Notes under the pieces: generated by a model | Told to the model about the DNA's origin: nothing | What the model saw: the letters and a program-made list of their open reading frames with translations, nothing else | Databases searched by the model: none | Program-made: the position numbers and the translations under genes | In this document: piece after piece, positions 1-10,268 of the stretch | How the letters are laid out: each line of letters starts with the position of its first letter | How positions within the stretch are numbered: position 1 is the first letter of the stretch | From: Candidatus Alloenteromonas pullicola | GTDB taxonomy: Bacteria; Bacillota_I; Bacilli_A; RFN20; CAG-826 | DNA: 58,044 nt | Assembly: GCA_018714785.1 (NCBI GenBank) | Contig: DVMV01000014.1 | Location: forward strand, 1 to 58,044 | Direction of reading: 5' to 3'

Positions 1-408
1 GATTAAGGCTTGCCCTTCCTTATTTGGGTAAGAAGAGTAGTAGGTGTGGAATATCTCATCGCCAATAGGCCCGTCGACCACGTAATACGACAGGAACCTG
101 TCGAAAGAATAGCTTAGGTTTTCCTCGATGTTGTTCTTGGTTTCGGAGGCTTCGTAAAAAAGGAGGTCGTTGTCATAAAGTATCTGGAAACGGTCCTGCT
201 GATAGGAAACGTCATTGGACTCCTTTATGTCGTATCCGGTTGTCGACTTGATTATTGGATAGACCGCAATGTTAGACAGGAATATGGCCGCGATGAAGAC
301 GATGAAGAAGTCTCCCAGAAACAAAAGAATCCTCCTCCATTTACCCAGGGGCATGATGTCGATCGTGTTGCCACGATTTGTTTTGGCGCTTTCCTCCATT
401 TTGCTCAT
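1..408 (-). CDS. Membrane protein, N-terminal part only (gene runs off the left edge); possibly RDD-family
   Basis: Absent from the ORF track because it has no stop inside the window. My hand translation of the reverse strand from ATG (408-406) stays open to position 1: MSKMEESAKTNRGNTIDIMPLGKWRRILLFLGDFFIVFIAAIFLSNIAVYPII... It has one clear hydrophobic helix after a WRR motif. Confidence 0.5.
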   Translation of the reverse strand, partial: MSKMEESAKTNRGNTIDIMPLGKWRRILLFLGDFFIVFIAAIFLSNIAVYPIIKSTTGYDIKESNDVSYQQDRFQILYDNDLLFYEASETKNNIEENLSYSFDRFLSYYVVDGPIGDEIFHTYYSSYPNKEGQALI

Positions 409-438
409 TCTAACCGCAAAAGCCTTTCGAAACTTTAA

Positions 439-936
439 TTATTTTGCCTTTTGCAGCGCCTCGCACACGAAATCGGGTCCGACGTGAACGACCTCATTGA
501 ATAGCTTTTCGACTTCCTCATCGATGGGCTCAAATTGAGATTCGAGCTTCCTCATGGCCTCGATTGGGAGCCTCCTATCGCCAGTTCGCCGGTTATTTAG
601 CAATTCGCAGTCTTCGGCCGGTATGTCAAACATAACTAGAACGTGGTGGTCATATTCCGGGGTGGACTCCACGTAGTAGCGGCGATAATAGTTATTGAGA
701 TTGGTGGAATCGGCTATTACTATTGCCCCCTCTTCTTGGCCGAATCTTTTAAGCCTGTCAAGGAAAGTGCCCCAAACCCTTTTCTCATCGGAGAAATTAG
801 CGGTTGTTCCAAAGAACTCTTTTCTTATTTCGTCGCTTGAAACTATCTTCGCGGTCGGATGAAGCCGCTTGTATTGCCTCGACCAAGTGGATTTCCCACT
901 TCCCGGCAAGCCCGATAAAAGCAGCAGAGTCCGCAT
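439..936 (-). CDS. P-loop kinase (AAA_33 / polynucleotide-kinase-like ATP-binding protein)
   Basis: 165 aa. Walker A is LLSGLPGSGKST, and IVIADSTNLNNYYRRYY resembles the PNK-type kinase core. Confidence 0.7.
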   Translation of the reverse strand: MRTLLLLSGLPGSGKSTWSRQYKRLHPTAKIVSSDEIRKEFFGTTANFSDEKRVWGTFLDRLKRFGQEEGAIVIADSTNLNNYYRRYYVESTPEYDHHVLVMFDIPAEDCELLNNRRTGDRRLPIEAMRKLESQFEPIDEEVEKLFNEVVHVGPDFVCEALQKAK

Positions 937-1104
937 ACGCGGCTATTTTAAACGCGGCAGGGCGATAATTCACCTCTTTCTTTGGGCTTGCAATGCAGGC
1001 AAATATGTTTAAAAAAATCGAAAATAACCCTAGCATAAAATTAAACGCAGTTTATATTGATATAAACTTTGTCTATAATTTAGCCGCAAGCGTTAGGAGC
1101 TTTT

Positions 1105-1695
1105 ATGGACAAAGGCGACATAATACAGCTGAAGAACAGAAAATTCGTGGTAGAGAGCGTGAAGGCCGTTCACGAAGACCATACCACATTCATCTGCACT
1201 TGGGCAGGCCGGACCTATTGCGTTCGCACCTACAATACGGACTATCAGAAGGCTCTCGACGATTATAAGCAGCTGAAGCACGCCGGCATCAACATGGCCA
1301 AGATGTGCTATCACGACGACGATGCCAAGGTAATCGCCTTCGATTATTTCCCAGAGCGCAATTGCCTTGAGGTTCTTTCCAAAAACGAACTCACCGATTC
1401 CTACTTCACCTCTTTGTTTGATCTATATCGCTTTTGCCGCTATTCGAAGGTCGCCCTCGATTGGGAACCGCAGAACTTCATGCTGCGTGGCAGCCAGATG
1501 TTCTACCTGCCGACCAAATGGGAGCCTCTTACCGACAAGAACCACCTAGAGAAGGGCAAGCTTCGCACCTGGTTCTTGGGCGAAGAAGGACATGAGCTGC
1601 TCAAGAAGAAAGGCTTTGAAACCGCAGGCCTCCCCATGCTGAAAGAGGAGGAAGTCAATAAGGCGGTCGTCCTAACCACCGTCAAAAACTGGTAA
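1105..1695 (+). CDS. Hypothetical protein, possibly a degenerate kinase-like fold
   Basis: 196-aa ORF with AGGAG 7 nt upstream. Its stop overlaps the prs ATG (TAATG). ALDWEPQNFML resembles the xxDxxPxN catalytic loop of APH/choline-kinase-like folds. I recognise no family. Confidence 0.6.
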   Translation: MDKGDIIQLKNRKFVVESVKAVHEDHTTFICTWAGRTYCVRTYNTDYQKALDDYKQLKHAGINMAKMCYHDDDAKVIAFDYFPERNCLEVLSKNELTDSYFTSLFDLYRFCRYSKVALDWEPQNFMLRGSQMFYLPTKWEPLTDKNHLEKGKLRTWFLGEEGHELLKKKGFETAGLPMLKEEEVNKAVVLTTVKNW

Positions 1696-2654
1696 TGCTA
1701 GATTCAGTAAAAGTATTCTCCCTAACTGCCAACAAGGCGCTTTCGGAAGAAGTGTGCCGACTTTTGGGGATTGAGGAAGGCCGTTCGGAAATAACCCACT
1801 TCTCCGACGGCGAGGTAATGGCCCGCTCTCCGGACTCGGTTCGAGAGAAGACGGTATATATCATCCAATCCACCGCGACCCCGGCCGCCGAAAGGCTCAT
1901 GGAGCTGCTGGTGTTCATCGATGGCATCAGGAACGCCAAGGCCAAGGAAATCAACCTTGTGATCCCATATTATGGCTTCTGCCGCCAGGACCGGGTTGCT
2001 AGGCCCGGCGAGCCAATCACCGCCAAACTGGTGGCCGACCTGCTCGACACCGTCGGCGTTAACCGGATCATAACCATGGATCTGCACACCCCGCAGACCC
2101 AAGGCTTCTTCTCCTGCCCGGTGGACGATCTGTCTTCGATACCGCTTTTTGGAGAATACTTCCGCAATGAATTCAAGCGCCTTGGGATAAATACCGAAGA
2201 CGTCGTGGTCGTTTCCCCTGACCACGGATCGATCCATAGGGCTCGCGACTTAGCATCCGAACTCCCGAACTCCGAGCTCGCCATCATCGACAAAAGGCGC
2301 CCGGCCCCCAATGTGGCCGAGGTCATGAACATCGTCGGCGAGGTCAAAGGAAAGCATTGCCTGATAGTCGATGACATAATCGATACCGCCGGCACCGTCT
2401 ATGCCTGCTCTACGGCCATCAAGGCCCGCGGGGCAATCGATGTCCGCGTTGCGGGCACCCATGCCGTCTTCTCCCCCGGTTCGGAGGAGCTGCTCAAGAA
2501 ATCGGACATCGTTGACATGATAGTAACCAACTCGATCGAGCACAAGCCGATCCCTGGGGTTACCGTCCTTTCCATCGCCCCGATGATCGCTGGAATAATA
2601 AAAGCCAGCGTCGAAGGGACCGCGGTCCCCGACTCCTGGATGAGTTTTTATTGA
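1695..2654 (+). CDS. prs: Ribose-phosphate pyrophosphokinase (PRPP synthetase)
   Basis: 319 aa. Motifs DLHTPQTQGFF, VSPDHGS and the PRPP loop CLIVDDIIDTAGT. Confidence 0.95.
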   Translation: MLDSVKVFSLTANKALSEEVCRLLGIEEGRSEITHFSDGEVMARSPDSVREKTVYIIQSTATPAAERLMELLVFIDGIRNAKAKEINLVIPYYGFCRQDRVARPGEPITAKLVADLLDTVGVNRIITMDLHTPQTQGFFSCPVDDLSSIPLFGEYFRNEFKRLGINTEDVVVVSPDHGSIHRARDLASELPNSELAIIDKRRPAPNVAEVMNIVGEVKGKHCLIVDDIIDTAGTVYACSTAIKARGAIDVRVAGTHAVFSPGSEELLKKSDIVDMIVTNSIEHKPIPGVTVLSIAPMIAGIIKASVEGTAVPDSWMSFY

Positions 2655-2686
2655 TTTTATTCGCCGCAAAGCCAAGAATTGAGCCA

Positions 2687-2727
2687 CGCTGTTAGTCCTC
2701 GGCACCCAGCGTTAAAAAATCAGGAGG
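2687..2727 (+). promoter_or_regulatory. Candidate preQ1-I riboswitch (translational, sequesters the RBS)
   Basis: P1 stem is CGCUG (2687-2691) paired with CAGCG (2707-2711). The loop ends in ACC. The A-rich tail is UUAAAAAAUCAGGAGG, and loop CCUC can pair with the GAGG of the RBS. It lies directly upstream of queT, the classic genomic context. The loop is 15 nt, longer than in the textbook B. subtilis and T. tengcongensis examples. Confidence 0.5.
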
Positions 2728-2735
2728 CACTTGAA

Positions 2736-3248
2736 GTGTCAGATAAATTGATCCGAAAAATCGCCCAGAACGGTATCGTTGCGGCGATTTATTTTTTGCT
2801 CTGCCTGCTCCTTCCCTTCCTAAGTTACGGCACGCTGCAGATAAGAATTGCCGAACTTTTGAATCTTCTTTGCTTCTTCCGACCTGATTTCATAGTCGGC
2901 GTTACCTTGGGATGCTTCTTGGCAAACCTCATGAGCACCCTTGGCTGGCCCGATATCCTAGTCGGCACCGGGGCGACGCTGGCAAGCTGCATCCTGATAG
3001 CCTATGCGTCGAAACACCTATTCGTCGCGGCGCTTTACCCAATCGCGGTAAACGCATTCGTGGTCGGGGCCGAGCTTTGCTGGCTGCTGGAGATACCTTG
3101 GTCGGAATATTGGTATCAGGCCGGCATGGTGGCGGCGGGGGAGGCCATCGCCATGGCGGTCGGCTACCTGATATTCTTCCTTGCAAGGAAGAACAGGACT
3201 TTATTCGGAGCCATAGCCCCCAGCCGCCATTACCCCTTTAAGTGCTGA
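2736..3248 (+). CDS. queT: Queuosine-precursor transporter QueT (ECF-type S component)
   Basis: The track ORF is 2679..3248, but GGAGG at 2723-2727 is followed 8 nt later by an in-frame GTG at 2736. That gives a 170-aa polytopic membrane protein (IAQNGIVAAIYFLLCLLLPFLSYG...), placed in front of tgt-queA-queH. Confidence 0.75.
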   Translation: MSDKLIRKIAQNGIVAAIYFLLCLLLPFLSYGTLQIRIAELLNLLCFFRPDFIVGVTLGCFLANLMSTLGWPDILVGTGATLASCILIAYASKHLFVAALYPIAVNAFVVGAELCWLLEIPWSEYWYQAGMVAAGEAIAMAVGYLIFFLARKNRTLFGAIAPSRHYPFKC

Positions 3249-3262
3249 GCCCTAAAAAGTAG

Positions 3263-4402
<1,140 letters not shown>

Positions 4403-5464
4403 ATGGATATTGAACTGTTTGATTTTGACCTTCCGGAAGAGCTCATCGCCCAGTCGCCGATGAAGCAGCGCGACATGTCGCGCCTCATGGTCATCGACCG
4501 CGAGCACAAGACCTATGAGCACCGTCTGTTCAAGGACATTGTCGATTACCTTCGTCCCGGCGACGTCTTGGTACGGAACAACACCAAGGTGATTCCCGCG
4601 AGGCTCATCGGAACCAAGGTCGAGACCGGCGGGCATTGCGAGGTGCTTCTATTGAAACAGCTGCCTTTGGTTGACACTTGGGAATGTCTAGTTGGAAACG
4701 CTCATTCGGTTCGCGAGGGCACCAATATAACCTTCGGTGATGGATCGTTGACCTGCACCTGCGTTAAGGTTCTCGACGAGGGAATCCGCCACATGCAGTT
4801 CCATTATCACGGGATATTCCTCGAAGTGCTCGAGAGGCTTGGCAAGATGCCGCTGCCGCCTTACATAAAGAAACAGATAGACGACAACGACGATTACCAG
4901 ACGGTCTACGCCAAAATCCCGGGATCGGCCGCGGCCCCGACCGCCGGATTTCACTTCACTCCTGAGCTTTTCGAAAAGATTCAGAAGATGGGAGTAGAAG
5001 TGGTCGACATCACCTTGAACATCGGTCTAGGAACCTTTAGGCCGGTGAAGGTCAAGGACACCAAAGACCATCATATGCACACCGAGCTATGCGAGATGAG
5101 CGAGGAGGCCGCCGAGCGCCTGAACAAAGCCAAAGCCGAGCATCGGCGCATCATCGCCGTCGGCACGACTTCCGTCAGGACTCTCGAGACCATATACGGC
5201 AAATACGGGACCTTCAAAGCCACCAAGGAAAACACCTCGATATTCATCTCGCCGGGATACGAATACAAAGCCGTCGATTGCCTGATAACCAACTTTCATC
5301 TGCCGAAATCGACTTTGGTGATGCTCGTTTCGGCCTTCATGGGGCGCAAGTTCACCTTGGAATGCTATGCCGAGGCGGTTAGGCAGAAGTATCGTTTCTT
5401 CTCCTTTGGCGACTCGATGTTCATATACGGGAATTACGATTATCAGAAAGAAAAGGGAGAATGA
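4403..5464 (+). CDS. queA: S-adenosylmethionine:tRNA ribosyltransferase-isomerase
   Basis: 353 aa. The N-terminus [19 protein letters not shown] and [11 protein letters not shown] are typical QueA. It starts immediately after the tgt stop. Confidence 0.95.
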   Translation: MDIELFDFDLPEELIAQSPMKQRDMSRLMVIDREHKTYEHRLFKDIVDYLRPGDVLVRNNTKVIPARLIGTKVETGGHCEVLLLKQLPLVDTWECLVGNAHSVREGTNITFGDGSLTCTCVKVLDEGIRHMQFHYHGIFLEVLERLGKMPLPPYIKKQIDDNDDYQTVYAKIPGSAAAPTAGFHFTPELFEKIQKMGVEVVDITLNIGLGTFRPVKVKDTKDHHMHTELCEMSEEAAERLNKAKAEHRRIIAVGTTSVRTLETIYGKYGTFKATKENTSIFISPGYEYKAVDCLITNFHLPKSTLVMLVSAFMGRKFTLECYAEAVRQKYRFFSFGDSMFIYGNYDYQKEKGE

Positions 5465-6150
5465 ACCTCAAGAAGAGCCGTTTCTACGATTATTCGGTCC
5501 AGGAGATCGAAAACCTCAGTGGGGAGAGGAAGCGCCTTTTGCTTCATGCCTGCTGCGGGCCGTGCTCCTGCTTCCCTTTGCTTTTCCTGTGCCCCCATTT
5601 CGATGTGACGATCTACTACGTCAACCCGAACATCTACCCCGAGCAGGAGTATAAGCGGCGGCTCGAGGAGCTAATAAAGCTCCTTGGCTACGTCAAGCGC
5701 GACTACGGATACGACGTTTCTCTGGTGATCCCGCCGTATGAGCCTGAGCCATACCAAGAGCACATGAAACCCTACGAAGGGATGAAGGAAGGCAGCGCCC
5801 GGTGCCTGGAGTGCTACCGTTACCGCATGGAAAGGGCCTATCAGTACGCCGAGGACAACGACTTCGACTATTTCACGACCGTAATGACGATATCGCGCCA
5901 AAAAAGCTCTGAGGCCCTGAATGCAATAGGGCGAGAACTTTCCGCCAAACACCCCAAGGTCAAATACCTATACTCTGATTTCAAACACAACAAGGGCATC
6001 GACATCGGCCGCGATATGCGGATCCACTACGGCCTTTACAACCAGCTTTACTGTGGCTGCCGCCCTAGCCTGCTCGAGGCTGAGGAAAAGCAAAGGAAGT
6101 CTTCGTCGAATCAAGCGGCAGAAAAAGAAAATTTGGACAATAAAAAATAA
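5461..6150 (+). CDS. queH: Epoxyqueuosine reductase QueH (DUF208)
   Basis: 229 aa. Cysteine cluster [15 protein letters not shown] and a later CxxC. 4-nt ATGA overlap with queA. Confidence 0.85.
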   Translation: MNLKKSRFYDYSVQEIENLSGERKRLLLHACCGPCSCFPLLFLCPHFDVTIYYVNPNIYPEQEYKRRLEELIKLLGYVKRDYGYDVSLVIPPYEPEPYQEHMKPYEGMKEGSARCLECYRYRMERAYQYAEDNDFDYFTTVMTISRQKSSEALNAIGRELSAKHPKVKYLYSDFKHNKGIDIGRDMRIHYGLYNQLYCGCRPSLLEAEEKQRKSSSNQAAEKENLDNKK

Positions 6151-6182
6151 ATAATTTGTGCACCAAGCACAAGAAAAAGAAA

Positions 6183-6210
6183 ATGGCTCGATACCATCGG
6201 GCCATTTTTT
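6183..6210 (+). terminator. Rho-independent terminator after queH
   Basis: 10-bp stem, ATGGCTCGAT (6183-6192) paired with ATCGGGCCAT (6196-6205, one G-U), with a 3-nt loop and then a TTTTTT run. Confidence 0.65.
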
Positions 6211-6272
6211 GCCAATTCGGGTCGCATTTGTCAAAAATTCAGATTTGATGGAAATAATTTTTGATTTTCGTG

Positions 6273-6301
6273 TTGACCTCTCGTGCCCTCGCGCGTATTC
6301 T
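6273..6301 (+). promoter_or_regulatory. Sigma-70-type promoter of the S10 operon
   Basis: TTGACC (6273-6278), a 17-nt spacer, then TATTCT (6296-6301). It is followed by a leader of about 130 nt before rpsJ. Confidence 0.5.
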
Positions 6302-6432
6302 TGAACACGCTGGCGCTTGCGACGAAGGACGAGGTTGCCGACACACCTACAGGCGTTGTCATGATTGGGTGGTCGGGGAATTCGCCTAGAGCAAACGCTC
6401 AGAAGCCTGAAAAAGTCATAGGAGGAACATTC

Positions 6433-6744
6433 ATGGCAAAAGAAAAAGCGATCCGTGTTCGCTTACTCGCCTACGATCACAAGCTCCTCGACCTCTGCGT
6501 TGAGAAGATCCTGAACGTTGCCGAGAAAACCGGAGCCGGCGTTAAGGGCCCAATCCCCTTGCCGACCGAGAAGCAGGTCTTCACCGTCTTGCGCGCTACC
6601 TTCAGATACAAGGATTCGCGTGAGCAGTTCGAGATCCGCACCCACAAGAGGCTGATCTACATCACCCACCCGCAGAAAGGGACCATCGATGCGCTAAGGA
6701 ACCTCGATCTCCCCAGCGGCGTCGAGATTGACATTAAGTTATAA
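6433..6744 (+). CDS. rpsJ: 30S ribosomal protein S10
   Basis: The track ORF starts at 6283. The real start is ATG 6433, behind GGAGGA (6421-6426). [20 protein letters not shown]..., 103 aa. Confidence 0.97.
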   Translation: MAKEKAIRVRLLAYDHKLLDLCVEKILNVAEKTGAGVKGPIPLPTEKQVFTVLRATFRYKDSREQFEIRTHKRLIYITHPQKGTIDALRNLDLPSGVEIDIKL

Positions 6745-6758
6745 GGAGGACCTGATCA

Positions 6759-7442
6759 ATGAAATCCATAATCGGAAGGAAAATGGGCATGACCGAGGTC
6801 TTCGCCGCCGACGGGACCATGTACCCGGTCACCGTCGTGGAAGTCCTTCCAAACGTCGTGGTCGCCAAGAAGACCATCGAGAAGGACGGATACGAAGCCA
6901 TCCAGGTCGGCTATGAGGACAAGGCCGAGCGCCGCCTCAACAAGGCCGAGAAGGGCATCTACAAGAAGGCCGGCGTCGCCACCAAGGAGCACCTATACGA
7001 GCTAAAGGGCGACGAGATCTACTCCAAGAACGTTGGGGAGACCATCACCTGCGATATCTTCAAGACCGGCGAGGTCTGCGATGTCATCGGCCACAACAAG
7101 GGCCACGGATACTCCGGCACCATCAAGAAGTACCACCACCACATCGGCCCGAAGGGACACGGCTCCGGCTATCACCGCCAGATCGGCTCCCTCGCCAACA
7201 ACGGCCGGGACAACAACCGCGTCATCCCGGGCAAGAAGATGTCTGGACATTGGGGACCCGAGCAGTGCACCGTTCAGAACTGCACCATCATCGAGTCCAA
7301 CCCGGAGAAGGGCTACATCCTAGTCAAGGGCGGCCTCCCCGGACCGAAGAAGGCGATCGTCATGCTCCGCTCGCCCATCCGGAAGCAGTTCAAAACCCCC
7401 GAGGTCAAGCCGCTGGTTAGCCTCGAGAAGAAAGGAGAATAA
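6759..7442 (+). CDS. rplC: 50S ribosomal protein L3
   Basis: MKSIIGRKMGMTEVF...; 227 aa; S10-operon order. Confidence 0.97.
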   Translation: MKSIIGRKMGMTEVFAADGTMYPVTVVEVLPNVVVAKKTIEKDGYEAIQVGYEDKAERRLNKAEKGIYKKAGVATKEHLYELKGDEIYSKNVGETITCDIFKTGEVCDVIGHNKGHGYSGTIKKYHHHIGPKGHGSGYHRQIGSLANNGRDNNRVIPGKKMSGHWGPEQCTVQNCTIIESNPEKGYILVKGGLPGPKKAIVMLRSPIRKQFKTPEVKPLVSLEKKGE

Positions 7443-7445
7443 ACC

Positions 7446-8081
7446 ATGGCTGAAAAGAAACTCAGCTTGAAGGTGGTCAATCTCAAAGGCGAGGATGCCG
7501 GCGAGATCGAAGTCTCCGCCTCGGTGTTCGCCGTCAAGAGCAACCCTCAGGTCATCAAGGACGCCGTCACCGTCTACCAGGCCAACCTTCGCCAAGCCAC
7601 CGCGAAGACCAAGAAGCGCCATGAGGTCCATGGCACCAACAAGAAGCCCTGGCGCCAGAAGGGCACCGGCCGCGCTCGCGCCGGTGACTGCAAGTCGCCG
7701 ATCTGGGTCGGAGGCGGAACCGTCTTCGGACCCGATGGGATGCAGAACTACAAGCTATCCCAGAACAAGAAAGCCCATAGCCTCGCCCTCCGCGGCGTGC
7801 TATCCGAGAAAGTGGGGCACGGCCTGATCGTCGTCGACTCGCTAGCTCTCGACAAGGCTTCCACCAAGGACTTCGTCACCGCCCTTAAGGCCATCAAGGC
7901 CGAGGGCAAGACCCTAGTGGTCGTCGGGGAAGGCAACGACAACCTCGTCCTCTCCGCCCGCAACATCGGCTCGGTCGAGCTGGCCGAGACCTGGAATATC
8001 TCCGTCTATGACGTCTTGAACTGCGACAACCTCGTCGTTTCCAAAGACGACATCAAGAAAATCGAGGAGGCACTGAAGTAA
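7446..8081 (+). CDS. rplD: 50S ribosomal protein L4
   Basis: 211 aa; ...[15 protein letters not shown]... motif; synteny. Confidence 0.97.
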   Translation: MAEKKLSLKVVNLKGEDAGEIEVSASVFAVKSNPQVIKDAVTVYQANLRQATAKTKKRHEVHGTNKKPWRQKGTGRARAGDCKSPIWVGGGTVFGPDGMQNYKLSQNKKAHSLALRGVLSEKVGHGLIVVDSLALDKASTKDFVTALKAIKAEGKTLVVVGEGNDNLVLSARNIGSVELAETWNISVYDVLNCDNLVVSKDDIKKIEEALK

Positions 8082-8082
8082 T

Positions 8083-8430
8083 ATGGCAGACGAAAAGATC
8101 AAAGCCGAGAAGCCGGAAGCGAACAAGTTCGCCGCCCCGACCCATCACGACTACGAAGTCATCGACGCCCCCCACATCACCGAGAAGACCATGGCCTTGA
8201 TGCAGAATGCCAACAAGGTCACCGTCAAGGTCGCCGACGATGCCAACAAGATCGAGATCAAGGATGCCTTCCAGCGCATCTTCAAGGTCAAGGTCACCGA
8301 CGTCAAGGTCATCAACCAGAGGGCTAAGACCACCACCCGCGGCTCCCGCTACAAAGGCACCATCTCCGGCTACAAGAAAGCCGTTGTTACCATCGCCGAA
8401 GGGGAAGCCATCGACCTGTTCAAGGAGTAG
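8083..8430 (+). CDS. rplW: 50S ribosomal protein L23
   Basis: 115 aa; IDAPHITEKTMAL... core preceded by about 20 extra N-terminal residues. Confidence 0.95.
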   Translation: MADEKIKAEKPEANKFAAPTHHDYEVIDAPHITEKTMALMQNANKVTVKVADDANKIEIKDAFQRIFKVKVTDVKVINQRAKTTTRGSRYKGTISGYKKAVVTIAEGEAIDLFKE

Positions 8431-8490
8431 GAAACCACCACCTATATAAATAAAGATATATAGGGAAGAGTCCAATATAGGAGAAAAGAA

Positions 8491-9327
<837 letters not shown>

Positions 9328-9341
9328 GGAGGAGATAGAAC

Positions 9342-9629
9342 ATGTCTCGTTCGCTTAAGAAAGCCCCGTTCGTGGATGAGTACCTTCTCAAGAAGGTCGA
9401 AGCTCTCCGCGCCTCCGGGAAGAAAGAGATCATCAAGACTTGGTCTCGCCGCTCGACAATCTATCCCGCCTTCGTCGAGCAGACCTTCGCCGTCTACAAC
9501 GGCCACGAGCACATCACCGTGTACGTGACCGAGGATATGGTCGGCCACAAGCTAGGCGAGTTCGCCCCGACCCGGACCTTCCCGGGCCACCATGGCAACA
9601 ACGCCGGCGACCAGGCCGCTAAGAAATAA
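9342..9629 (+). CDS. rpsS: 30S ribosomal protein S19
   Basis: 95 aa; [18 protein letters not shown]... Confidence 0.98.
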   Translation: MSRSLKKAPFVDEYLLKKVEALRASGKKEIIKTWSRRSTIYPAFVEQTFAVYNGHEHITVYVTEDMVGHKLGEFAPTRTFPGHHGNNAGDQAAKK

Positions 9630-9642
9630 GGAGTCCTAGAAC

Positions 9643-10263
9643 ATGGCTAACGAAGAAACTAAGACCGTGAAGAAGGCCCCCGCGAAGAAAACCGCGACCA
9701 AGACCGCAGCCAAGTCCACCAAGACCGCTGCCAAGAAGACCACCAAGGCCAGCAAGCCCGAGGTCAAGGAAGAGGTGAAGGCCAAAGAGGTCGCCACCCC
9801 CGCCGCCCCGGCCACCAAGAAGGAAGCCAAAGCCGCCGCCAAGGCCGCCAAGGCTGAGGCCAAGGTTGCCAAGAAAGCCGCCAAAGAGGCCGCAAAAGCC
9901 AAGCCGGTTGAGGAGAAAGCCAAACCGACCAGCGCCCGCTGCTTCGTCCGCGACATCCGCATCACCCCGCGCAAGGTCAGGCTCGTCGTCGACCTCGTCA
10001 GGGGCAAGTCGGTCTCCGATGCCCTCGGCATCCTAGCCCGCACCAACCGCGTCGCCGCGACCCCGGTGGCCAAGGCCATTAAGAGCGCCGCCGCCAACGC
10101 GACCAACAACTTCGGGATGGAGGCCAGCTTGCTCTACGTCGCCGAGATCCAGGTCTCGGATGGCCTAAAGATCAAGCGGTTCATCCCCCGGGCCAAAGGC
10201 TCTGCCTCGCCCATCATCAAGCGCAACGCCAACCTAACCGTGGTCGTTGCCGAAAGGAAGTAA
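9643..10263 (+). CDS. rplV: 50S ribosomal protein L22 with a roughly 95-aa Lys/Ala-rich N-terminal extension
   Basis: 206 aa. The L22 core starts near ...ARCFVRDIRITPRKVRLVVDLVRGK. AAGGAG lies 9 nt before ATG 9643, and there is no internal start near the core. Confidence 0.95.
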   Translation: MANEETKTVKKAPAKKTATKTAAKSTKTAAKKTTKASKPEVKEEVKAKEVATPAAPATKKEAKAAAKAAKAEAKVAKKAAKEAAKAKPVEEKAKPTSARCFVRDIRITPRKVRLVVDLVRGKSVSDALGILARTNRVAATPVAKAIKSAAANATNNFGMEASLLYVAEIQVSDGLKIKRFIPRAKGSASPIIKRNANLTVVVAERK

Positions 10264-10268
10264 GGAAC

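Noticed and set aside
269-487. A 72-aa + strand ORF at the left end.
   Set aside because: It is antisense to the partial membrane-protein gene (1..408) and has no RBS or recognisable features.
937-1104. Divergent promoter region (TTTATA-17-TATAAT) and the 91-aa ORF at 993..1268.
   Set aside because: The ORF overlaps the 1105..1695 gene out of frame and looks spurious. The promoter hexamers are plausible, but this AT-rich stretch offers many equivalent matches.
6283-6432. N-terminally extended ORF-track versions of rpsJ. The same applies to rpsH (13532), rplF (13965), rpsQ (11764), rpsL (54835), rpmG (37061), the HAD gene (32714), the MgtC gene (34582), the two lipoproteins (53168 and 53120), and ABC fusion A (21636).
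   Set aside because: The extensions overlap upstream genes or terminators and lack an RBS. The canonical family N-termini begin at internal ATGs that do have a good Shine-Dalgarno sequence.
9660-9930. Repetitive GCC-AAG/AAG-GCC nucleotide pattern; considered as a possible tandem repeat or CRISPR-like array.
   Set aside because: It is in-frame low-complexity coding sequence (the Lys/Ala tract of L22). There is no fixed repeat unit and no spacers.
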